Shown: positions 39,801 through 51,232 of the stretch, in pieces
How positions within the stretch are numbered: the first letter of the stretch is position 1
How the letters are laid out: every line of letters starts with the position of its first letter
Source: Dimorphilus gyrociliatus
Taxonomy: Eukaryota; Animalia; Annelida
Assembly (NCBI GenBank): GCA_904063045.1
Contig: CAJFCJ010000024.1
Span: forward strand, 62,001 to 126,000
Reading direction: 5' to 3'
Length of the DNA stretch: 64,000 bases
The notes under the pieces: model-generated
Seen by the model: only the letters and a program-made list of their open reading frames with translations
What the model was told of the DNA's origin: nothing
Database searches by the model: none
Position numbers and translations under genes: made by a program

Positions 39801-41827
39801 TTACGACAGCGATAGCAGTACCAGCATAGCCAATTTGAATGGCCAATCGAGTAAGTTTTGCTTGAAGTACGGATTTCTCTCTTCGGCCAGATTGAGCAGC
39901 CGCTGGTGGTTGTTCTTCTTTTTGTTTCTCATCCGATGTTCCCTGAGCAGCTGGCCCATTTGCCTGATCAGCACCTTTCTCTGTTTTCTTCTTTGCCTCT
40001 TCCTCTTGAACGGCGCCAAGTAAAGTGAAAATCTGGCCAGCTTGCGAATACACGCCGACAGCTGTTACCACTATCTTACCAGAACCTTCCATAACGTGCG
40101 TTCCAGAATACAGCATTGGATCTTTGTCAACACCTTTCGTAACCTGGTGGGTTTCTCCAGTTAGAGACGATTCGTCCATTTTCAAATCGTTCGACTGGAT
40201 GACTATACCATCGGCAGGTAATAAATCTCCGTATTTCACCTGAAGGAATAACACACGATAAAGTAAATAAAACCGACAAGGTAATACTAGTATGAGAATT
40301 TACTGTCAAGCGTAATTAAAGGTGATAAAATTGGACGATTTAGCGAATAGATCGCTTATCTGTTTGTACCGAAAAGTTAGATAGATCGCGTTAAGAGAGG
40401 GGTCTCATTGCTAGCTGACAATCTTGTTATAGTTAAAAGAAAAAAACGATCGACTTTCTTTTTTTAGATTCTACCTTCAACTCAATCCGATCAACTGTAC
40501 ATTTAACTATTAATATCCCTCGGCAAAAATGAACTTCCTTGAGGTTGTGCGAAACTAGGAAAAAAGAGCTTCGGCAATAGCCGTCAGGGAGAACTTTGTG
40601 AGATGTTTATTGGCTATTTCCACGTATTGGACCTCCCGCCTAATTTTATCCTTACCTGAACAATTTCTCCGACCACAATATCCGACACTGGAATTTGAAG
40701 GTTTTCACCATTCCTTATTACAGCAAATTTGTGCTCATGCTCGATTTTGCTTTGCAATCCTCGGAATTGCTTCTCCTTTTGCCAGTCGTTTACTGCAGTT
40801 ACAATTACAACAACTATCACGGCAATTAAAATAGCTGCTCCTTCTATCCATTCTGCATGAGAATCGTGTTTTTCTTTCTTCCTACTACCTTCTGCAAAAG
40901 GAAAATTAATGCAATGAGTGAATAGACTATGCATGGAAGTAGCGTAAGTACTCTAGGCAGCTTTTCAATTATTTTTCCAAATACTTCTTCAAAATACCTA
41001 ATGTAAATACATTTAGAATAGCTATGCAAGATTTCACGTATCAGAAATAAGCTCTTCAGCTTTGTTATTCGTTTTAATCGCGAAAAAAGATTATTCACTT
41101 AAAAATCTCCTTATAATTAATTGCTTTTTAACATAAAGTAAATGTCTATATCTTCACAATACCATTTCACACACTCACTACTTGAATTCAGGAGTTCACG
41201 CTAACGGATAATATAGATAATAATATTGAACTATGGGTAAACGTCGCGAATTCTTCAAGATAAGAAAAACAAATACCGAAATTTTCTAAAAATAAATAAA
41301 ATATCGAACTATTTAATCGTTTAAGCGTATTGCATTAACGTGCTCGCCCATTGATAAGATATCACAGACTAGAAATCAGTACAAATATGCTAACAAAGAC
41401 TGTAACGGTTTTATTCATAGCTGAATATTTTACTACAATCTTAAATGAAGACAAATTTTAACGTACCTTCTCCAATTTCTGCAGGTGGCCGATAAAAACT
41501 CAGCCCAAGAGATATAACCGCCGCAACGATTAAAATTATAAGAGTAACATCCTGCAAAGCTTCCCATACTAATTGTAAAAAAGTTTTGGGCGGTTTTGGG
41601 GGAATAACATTGGAGCCAAAAGTTGCTCGTCTTGCTCGCAAATCCTCCGCTGATGCAGATATACCTTCAGTTGGGGAAGTTCTCAGTTTTTTGCACAATT
41701 GAATAACGCCACCAGCCTCTCCAACTTTATCAATAACATTCGAATCCCCCTTCAATTCCATCAGTTGGGTAAGTTCATTGACGGTGATACCAAAGTCTCC
41801 TGCCATGGTATCCATACCCCCCGTCAT
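35065..41827 (-). CDS. ATP2B: Plasma membrane Ca2+-ATPase; exons 41467-41827, 40656-40891, 39108-40239, 37399-38936, 35065-35277
   Basis: [18 protein letters not shown], phosphorylation motif [27 protein letters not shown], and calmodulin-binding region [15 protein letters not shown]|IRVVNAFR. Confidence 0.97.
35906..35952. repeat. (TA)n microsatellite interrupted by CTA (inverted copy of the 36841 repeat)
   Basis: Read directly as (TA)10-CTA-(AT)12. Confidence 0.85.
36435..36546 (-). other. Putative alternative PMCA exon at splice site C, encoding [28 protein letters not shown]-stop
   Basis: GC-richer island in an AT-rich intron. AG acceptor at 36547-36548 is in phase 0 with the ...LQHQ donor. 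Stop at 36460; GTATGA donor after 36435. Confidence 0.5.
36841..36888. repeat. (TA)n microsatellite interrupted by TAG
   Basis: Read directly as (TA)11-T-TAG-(TA)11. Confidence 0.85.
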
Positions 41828-44800
41828 TCTCTTGCGTTCCTATTGAATGAGATGCTATATTTTTTGCATTTTATCGTCCGCTTACAAATTATTCACAATT
41901 TATGGAATTGCTAGCGACGTTTATATCAGGCATTCATAGCACAAAACTAGTCAAATAAAAATCATCTCATTCTTTTTAAATCGCAATGACATTACATACA
42001 AAACTCTTTAATTAAATTGGGTAGTACATAAATTTTTTTTGCTAAATGTCATTTTTTATGCGGTGCTGAATAAACACCCTCCCAAAGGCAATTACGAAAT
42101 TCATCTTTTTTTAGTCAGTTTGTTCAATTAGCTAATTTAAATAACCCGCTATTAAAAAAAGACCGTTATTAAGTGTCACTACTGGTCGCTATTTTTGTAC
42201 CGCAAAAAAACACTGACAGATGCAAAAAAAATTTAATTTCAAAAATGCATACCTCCGCTGTACTGTCCATGCTGGTTTTAATTTTTTTCAATTCTTCTTC
42301 CTTTCTATCTATCCAGCCTAAAATATGAGAAAAGAAAAAACGAAGGGATAACAGCAAAAAAAAAAAATTATCGTAGAAAAAAAAAAGCAACTATGCGAAA
42401 AGTAAAGAACGGTGATTAAATCTACGGTATTAAATTAAGTACGGTTTCGAGCTTGTTTTAGCTGGGAATTCGAAACTCTATGACCAACTTGGTATAAACT
42501 ATCCAGAAAAAGGGAAAATAATATCAGTAAAGATGCACTTACCTTAAAGATATTCTCTAGCTGAAGCGTCGCTCTGATGGAAAGCAGGCCTCCATGTGCC
42601 CAATCTCTATTCACGATTGAAAAGAAGACTGATTAGATAGCGAATGTCTTATCTTCGATGCATTTTGAAACATTCAAAATGACTTATTGACGTCATCAAA
42701 AATTCTAATTTCTAAATTCATACAGCAATTGTTTACAAAAAAAAATTAATCGTTATTCTGATATTGATACTCTATCTCGGAGCTAAGCCACCAAAGATTT
42801 TCCTCTCCTTACTTTTTTTGTTTTCAGACGAGTAACAAAATACAACAAAAAAAATAAACAAATGTGCTATGCTATCGCTTGTGACTTTTACATGAAAACG
42901 AAATAGCGGTTGCTAACTCGCTTTCATGAGCTGTTATACAGGAACAATCAATCCACTACTGAACGATTATTCTACTCTATGGAGTGGTTAATTTTCTGAT
43001 AATTTATCTGTTCGAAACAATTTGTTGGGAGGAGTTTAGGCCGCTGAGTCGGAAAGATCACTCTCCTCTGTTTAGTTGAGGCTCCCATTTAATTTTTTGG
43101 CGTATAACCCAAGACAAAGGAAACTAGCGTACCAAGGCCGCCGGATATAGAAACCGCACGCGACGAGGCGTCGATCGATTCCTCAATTCGCATGGAAATT
43201 TACTTTTTTTCTTTCCCTTCTTTTTCTGGTTTTTTTTTCGTCAAAAGATTTCATACAACTCCTCGATATTCCTTAAGAAGATTACAGATACGGGACGATA
43301 ATAACATCAAGTGGCAAAACAATAGTAAAAAAATAGAATAGCCAACTCCCTCCCTCCCTTCACTTGTATGGGCAAACAATGGTGCATTTCTAGGCGAAAC
43401 CCAGCGTATGAAGCGAAATTGCTCGTAATGGATGCCGTATAAAATATTCACAATAAATTACTTTCTATATAACGCCGTCGAAATCTAACGATAAGGGCTT
43501 ATCTTCTTATCTGCGCTGACGTACGTATTCGTATCGGTTAATTATAACTCGCGATCTACGTCAAGTATATAGTCGCATCTAACAACAACATCTCGAGGGT
43601 AATAAAAAAATCTGATTCGATCCCAGATAACCGGCAAACAATCGATACAATACCCTCACCAAAGAACTATATACTCACGATTGAAAAAAATAAAGTAAGG
43701 GGCACCTTTAAATATAAAAAATCAGACGAGGGTACATCTCTCCGTCCATCAAATCTGAAGTATGATGCCGACCATACAACTGCAAAAGAATCGAGCGCTG
43801 GTCGCCATGGAAATGACCTACTGCAACGGCGCTAAAGTGTCGAACAGAGAAGAAAAAGAGATGTAGGAGAGTAAACGAGAGTGAGACATATAGACAATAA
43901 GAGCATGAATAACAGGAAAAATCTACAAAATTCAAATTCGTAATCTTTCCGTTGTTAATTTAGATAGCTAAGAAAATCTCGTTTATTTTAATATGGAAAT
44001 ACTTCCGAAACTCATAAAAATCTATTTCTTTTCGGATAGAGCAATGGACAGGTGAAGAATTTTAAAACGTTTCAAACGTTGAAGCAACTTACTTTATATA
44101 CTGACAAGGTTATAAGTTTGCAGATGACCTTTCAAAATTACATCGATTGCACCTAGCCGTCTACAGGCAGCAGCTGTTTGAACTGGATTTCGAAATAAAT
44201 ATCAGAAATTTTACTTTTATCCAGCTCGGGTTCTTTCTAAAACAACCACTGTGCACTTTTTCAGTGTATTATTAACGGACAAAAAATTATAATAAACAGC
44301 GAAGCGCGGATGATTTATTAAATCTAGCTTCTATTAATATTAGATAGTTTGAATTTCGCAGCAAAAAATAGCATTTGCAGACGAAATAATGACATTCCAA
44401 GTCGTTATTGATCAACATATGGTTCTAATTGTTAGTCATTTTTTATGCAGAATAATTTTTTGAAGTATTCGCAACTCATATTAATTGACATGTCAATCTT
44501 TTAAAACTCATTCCGGGATGAGGATAATTATTTAGCTTGCAAGTACGAGGAAAAAGGACTACGTGAAAAAAAAATTTGCTGTATATTTATGTACTGAGTT
44601 ATAACTGCTGTTATAATGAGGTATTAGATAGGCCTGCAATAGTCAAATAACACGAGAAAGGAAGGGAAAATAGAAAAATAATATACGAGCTAGAAAAAAC
44701 ACGATAGCGAGCTGCAAGAAAAAGCAAAAATTCTTCGATGGTGTAACAACCGCTAGAGCTTTCTTTGCTTTATTTTTTATCATTTACAAACATCAAAAAG

Positions 44801-46637
44801 CCACTGACCCAGCACCGTTCCTTTTCAAAGTAAACCGTGCACAGACCAGAGCAAACAAACCAAAACGACATTTTCGGTTGAAAATTCGATTTAATGCGCC
44901 GCGGCGACTCGTTCTACATCCCCGGTCGTCCCTAATCACTCTCCTTCATTTGCCTTTTTTTCTCGCTCTCTTTCTTCTGTCCCCATTTGATTTCTGTATC
45001 TGATACGTAATTACTCTTCTGAAACTATCGCCTGTTTTCTCTTTGCCTAAACAATTTTCAACTAATACCATTAGTTGAATTATAGGCATTAGCAAATTGA
45101 TTCAAAAACGGTATATTCTTGCGAAAATACGGTCAGACGGCCGAAAATTGCCTTTCCACATCGGCTGTCACTGCCGCTCTGCAATGCATCTTTTTTTTCA
45201 AAGAAATCGATAAGGCACTTATGCGTAATGATTGCTGCCTCGTGTCAATTTTTCCTCTCAATAGTTCGTAGACCGGCAGGACAATCGATAACACAGGACA
45301 CTTTTGCTCCTCTTTTTGGTCAAACCCTAGCTAAAGCTACAATTCGCCATCTCTTCAATGTTAAGCCTCTCATTCACAAGCTGACTTTTCGAAGCTGGCG
45401 AGCAAGGGATTAAAGGACCCGCACATTATGGAGAATAGACCACACCTCAGACAAATTATCGTCTTCTGTTCTATTTTTAAGAAAAAGGCAGACACCCGCT
45501 GTCGTGCATGTATGGTTACTCTGACGTCAATCTGAATAAGCTTTTATTGACTATTATAGCAGAATAATTGCTTTTTTTATGCCTACATTATTATACAGTT
45601 ATTCACTAGTCCCGCAAACTATCCCAAACTCTACATTTGGCTCAATTACAGTTAGACGGCAACGCTATAAATAGAGGAAAGATCCTAAAATAGACTTTCA
45701 CTAAAAATTCTATGAGTTTTCGTTAAGCAAACAGACATGGACAGATCGATATCTTTTCTCTATTATTTTGTACGCCAAGAATTCCCTTTCTATCCTCAGT
45801 CCTAATAAGATGAAAAAAAACCATTTCTACATTCAGAACATCATACTAAAATACATTCTAACATGCCAATTAATTCTAATACACGAATCAGAAAGAGTCC
45901 GATTCGATAGCTTAATAAAACGAAAAATCGAAAAAGAAATGTAATGTTCATTTTATATGGTGGCCATCTTTTACAGAGCACTAGCATACAAACCGTTTTA
46001 GAGCGAAATATTCCGCTTAAGGATTAGTCAAATCCAATCTTCTCGCTACCGCCGACGCCTTCCACTACAATGTTCCGATTTTAGCGGAAATGTTGAGAAT
46101 TGCATGTAAAATTCAGAGGATTTATTGAAAAATCGTCAAGCCGGCCCCTCCGTAATATCTCAACGTCACGTGACTTATAGTCGCGCATGCGTAGTATCTA
46201 ATTAAGATCACAGCCTATAAGAGCAAAAGTAGCGTAAGTATAATCAAATGGTTATGTTTATTAATTCGCTCTGTACTATTATAACGTCATTGGTGGAATT
46301 TCGGCGCTAAAAATAGTTTAAACAATGAGTCGAATAAACAGTCATTTATATTTGTAATATAAACAATAAATTAGCGACAGAGGAATGAGTTATACTGGCT
46401 GAGATCCTCTCTGATTATGAGTTTTATTTCCCTCTACATGAAACAATGCTAAACATTTTGCTTACGTTTGCAAAAAATCGATCTCAGCCTATTTGAGGCT
46501 GTGAAAATAAAATCATTGATCAGAACAAAACAAAATTCCCGACTCTTTAATTAAGACAATTTCACGGTTGAACGATCACAAGGATAGAAAGAAGCATGAC
46601 CGATAGATGGCGTGTAACAAATTTAAAAAAAAAACAA

Positions 46638-47208
46638 TTAAACGCCACTAATAACACTAGACGAAAGAGTTTTGTAGGGATTAAGAACGCAATTCGGATC
46701 AAACAATGCTTTAATTCGCTTCATTAATTTCACTGCCGAAGTCCCCTTACTGTAACGGATGCATTCGTTCTTGTGAAATCCCAAACCTGCATAGAAGAAA
46801 GTCCCTAAACTGAAAATCGAATATTTTGGCTTATTAAATTCCCAAACCGTGTTCGGCGCTCACGCTTCCATTTAGCTGGGCGACCGACTCGAAAACAAAA
46901 ATTTCCAGTGCTGACTTTACATCCTTTTCGAATTTTTTAGACACAATATTTAAGTGAAGATTACCTTTTTTTGGAATAACCAAATATCTGTAATCAATGT
47001 TCAATCGATTGCTAAAAGGATGCTATTACATACCATCTCCAACATGACCATATCCCATGCAATATAAGACAGGATAGCCCTTCATTAGCTCCGTAACGGA
47101 TTCAGTGACTTCTGAAAATTTCGCAACTGGAATTGAGACATCAAACTTATATGTGTAGCCGTCTTGTTTACATGCTTCGGCAAGTCTCTCCCTCAGCGCC
47201 CATAAGGC
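46638..47208 (-). CDS. D2HGDH: D2HGDH 3' cassette B (canonical C-terminus); exons 47034-47208, 46848-46964, 46638-46786
   Basis: Hand translation: ALWALRERLAEACKQDGYTYKFDVSIPVAKF...GYGHVGD|GNLHLNIVSKKFEKDVKSALEIFVFESVAQLNGSVSAEH|GLGFHKNECIRYSKGTSAVKLMKRIKALFDPNCVLNPYKTLSSSVISGV-stop. No internal stops, all junctions GT-AG. Minus-strand AATAAA at 46423-46428. Confidence 0.9.
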
Positions 47209-48890
47209 CTATATTAGAGAAAAATAAGATCAACTAATGACATGTATACCACTTAGTCAATTCAAAACAATTTGATAAAGGACCAATAAAATATATTTCT
47301 CTACTTAGCAAAAAAAATAAATTCAATGGCCGTCTCATAACTCCTTTTACCCATCTAACTTCTTTTCCTCCAAACAATAATTTCATAATTATTCAAATAT
47401 ACTTGCTGTTGGTATCAGCCTTCGATCTTATAAATAATCTGTAGGCCTTCATTATAATAGTTTTTATCGTTTTGTTTGAAGTGGATAAACAATAAGACTC
47501 AATTAAGGATGCATGTATAGTTTGAAATAGATCAATCTTTTAATTTACAACTCTTGTGTTCTTAAAAGCAAGCAAAACAATTTTTTAATGAATTCATTTT
47601 TTAAAATATATTCAAATATCTTAAAATAGAATTAATGGTGAATTAAAGCAAGTACTACTAACCGCATCGGATGAGAATATTTTTTTTATTGTTATTGAAG
47701 AATACAGAAATAATGATTGTAAACTTAACAGTTTAGTCAAATATTATATAAACTAACATTCAAAGCCCCTTTTTAGACATGTGCCAAAACCAGAAATGGT
47801 CTAATGAAAAACATCTAAACATGCTAATTATGCATCTTTTTCTGGAGAAAGGTCATCTTCATTTCTATATATTCAATATAATAAAAAAAATCTTGATCAA
47901 TGTTACAACGTATAACATAATTATTTAATAATTTTTATCGAATATATCGCAAAATTTTGCGTTATAGATCGTATAGTTATGGATATTGTTAAAATATACA
48001 TTATCATTATTTATCATTTCAGTCCATTTTTCCTTCAAGTATTTATCAAGTGAATTTCTATATTACTCTCAATATAACTAACGACATAGCGACAAACGCG
48101 TATGTAGGCCTTTATCGGATTGCTGGTTATTTATAGATGACTCATGAAATAAATAAAAAAGGAAACAAGATGAAGAGAAGGAGAATGGAAGGGAAAAAAA
48201 CTGATAATGATAAGAATAATAATGAAGGAATTTTTAGGAAGTAGAGTATTAGAGAGAAAAAGAAGATAAAATATTATAATTTTTTCCCACAGTTTAAGGT
48301 TAAAAAAAACTATTTTAATTTGTTTCATCAAACTGATGTAGATTTACTCTCGTGATAATAGATTCTTACGTCTTTATGAAATTCTATACCTTTATTAAAA
48401 GTAATATTTTTTTGTGTTTAATGTTAAAATGATAAAAGTAAATGAGGAGAGAAAAGAGAGAAAAGAAAAAAAAAAGCTATCCTTATATGTATAATCCTTT
48501 GATTTAGTTAGGTAAATAATAAAAAGTAAAGAGGAGTTTAGTGCGTCTATCCTTGTGTTCTTTTGCTTTTTTTTTCTTATATTTTTTATTTGGGTTATCG
48601 AATTATCTTATTAAAACATTTTGATGTCTATTACCTTCAAAGCGAACAGCTTGTTTACACTTCGATGAATATTTAATAAACATACATATTTTCCGACGGC
48701 TGCTGTTCAATTATTTGTAATCTAGGTCATTGCTATATTTATCCTGTCGTATCGAGATATCTTTTGATAAAGCGTAATAAAGCAATATCGAAGATGTATG
48801 TGCGTCATTATATTATAGGATTAGGGATGAAGGAAGCGGAAAATAAAAGAAGTAAAAGAAAAATAGGAATAAAAAAGTCATATATGCAAC

Positions 48891-49062
48891 CTTGTCCGAA
48901 AATACAGAAAAATTTTGCATGATGAAACTTATTCGTGACGATCTGAACGACAGAGTCGAATTGCTGAACCGGAATAGCAATGTCATATTTAAAGTCGTAA
49001 CAGTCGCTTCTAACTGTTTTCGTAAGCGCTTCTTACAGTCGCGCCCTAAATTTATTGAATAT
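48891..49062 (-). pseudogene. Degenerate D2HGDH 3' cassette C (pseudo-exon)
   Basis: After a TTTTAAG acceptor, phase-0 translation is IFNKFRARL*EALTKTVRSDCYDFKYDIAIPVQQFDSVVQIVTNKFHHAKFFCIFGQG. It aligns to ALWALRERLAEA...YKFDVSIPV...GYGH. In-frame TAA at 49033-49035. Confidence 0.7.
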
Positions 49063-51232
49063 CTTAAAAGCCAAAAATAAAAATAAAAGAAATTGCGCAT
49101 TTGGCATAAAATCATATTGAATGAACCGTATATACTGTACACGATATAAATAAATTGTCATAATATCGGCTTATTACGTTCTAGCATGCATTAACATAAA
49201 CTCAATAGTTAACTAAGTAGCAGTAAATGATATGTAATGGGTACGACAATGTCATACACCGATTTCAGAATTTCATTAGGATCAATCAACTCCTTAAGTC
49301 CTTCGATTAACTTTACTGTTCGCTCATACCTTCAATAATTCAATAACGGGCTTGTGCCTGTTTTTCTCTTATTTCAATCATACTTTGTATATGCATATAT
49401 AAAGTAAATTCAGCGTCTACAAACTATTTTGTATTAATAAGAGGAGTATTCCATTGATAAAAAGGAGGAATTAGTAGATTCATTCAAGAATTTATAGAAT
49501 TGTAATGATAATTATTATAGTTTTTTTTTCTAAAGTCATACCAGAAAAAATTATAGATATACTGTATATATGTTAGAATGCGTATGAAATATAAATAGCA
49601 GTCTATAATTCTTATTTAAATGTTAATGAATATGCTCATTGCTCTTAACCATTGTTTAACATTGACACCATATACAATTCTAAGGTAGGATAAGTTAATG
49701 ATACACTGGTCTAAAGCGAAGCAATACATCTACTATATCATATAGGGTGTATAAATAATACATGTAGCATATATCTACGACAATAATCAAAATCACCTTG
49801 GGGTAATTTTCCTATCAATGTAAAGGAAATAATATATAGTTTTTCTTAGATCAACAACTTAGATATTATTATGCAATCCTCTCTTTTTCATCTTTAACAT
49901 AACGTTCTTTAAACTGCATCTGTCAAATATAATATTTCATTTCCTATTGACCCTTTATTGAAATATTTGAATGACAGATCATATCAGATTTTTATAGAAC
50001 AATGTTTTTTTAACAATAAATTAATAAAGAAAGATTTTCTCTATAGTTAAATTTAGGTTAGAAAAAAAGTATGGTAAAATAAATAGAAATACGTCAAGGA
50101 TTCTGATTAATCCTTTATTAAAAATCCAGTGGGATAAAATATTGCGAAAATCGTTAATTGGTAATGGAAAATTTGTGTGATTCGTGTCTTTCTCTTTATG
50201 TATTTTTTTTTTACCTTTCTACCTATATACGTATATAATTCATATACATTTATTTATTTATTTATAGTCATCTACTATACCCGTTCTCTTTCTCTTTTTT
50301 CTCCTTATAGGCAGTATTTTCCATTCTACTACTTTCTATCGTAGTCATCCTCTTTTATCAAAGTTTGATATTGTAAAATGAGCACTTTCAAAAGAAAAAT
50401 TTTACTAATAATTATGATTAAAAAGTAAAAACAAAACGGAATACTTCAATCCAACAAAAAAAAGGTATTGATTTCCGAAAGAAAAATTTTTCTTTATTTA
50501 CTTCAGAGAGATAATGAGAAGAAGTTCTAGACACCTAACAGCTTAATAAAATAGACGGTCTACTATAAACTCTGCTTAAGAATACTTTCTCAAAAATGAA
50601 TTTCGATAGCTTTTGCTTCGCCCTTTTCGCTTCGGTTAACGCTACTTATTTTTCATTGCGTAGAACAAATACCAACGTAATGATATACCAACAGCAAGCG
50701 AAATAACGATATAATAGTTTACAGAACGTGAACAAACATCACGACTTGGAGTAATGCCCTTTTAGGGGTGAGTGAGGGGAAAAGGGGATTTAAAATTCCA
50801 TTATTACGTATAAGACCCTAAAGTCTTTTCCATTAAATTCCACCAACTCATTTATTTTTCCTGTTTTTTTTTGGAGTAGAACAGCTGGGATAAAGAGGAT
50901 GCTAAGGACGATTACCAATTATAAGACATTCAAACCAATTTAGATGAAAAACTTAATCATTTTTATTCGAGGCGATATTCAATAGAAGTCAAGACTATAT
51001 TCCGCGCAATATAAATTCTATTTCGATTGTCGTGACCTTTAAGTCATTTTGTTGATTTCACACCTAAAAATCTTTAGTTTAAAAGTTCTTATTCTATTCA
51101 TTGTTTTTTTTAAGTAGAAGAATATCTTGTGTGATTATATATTAGTTATTGGAGAACGAATAAAATTTGTGTTATACGCTAATGCAAGGCAGAGGAAGTT
51201 TAACGTTTGGAGGCCGTTTTTTTTTAATATGT

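Noticed and set aside
47775-47805. Minus-strand TCTGGTTTTGGCACAT resembling cassette A's SGFGH codons
   Set aside because: About 12-nt match with no flanking similarity; likely chance.
49715-49775. Minus-strand YMYYLYTLYDIVDVL resembling D2HGDH YVYKYDL...LYDIVTDL
   Set aside because: Low-complexity T/A context, gapped alignment and no splice sites.
47209-51232. Hypothesis that cassette B belongs to a second full-length D2HGDH gene
   Set aside because: No FAD-domain motifs ([18 protein letters not shown]) were found by eye in any minus-strand frame of this interval. A tblastn is needed for certainty.
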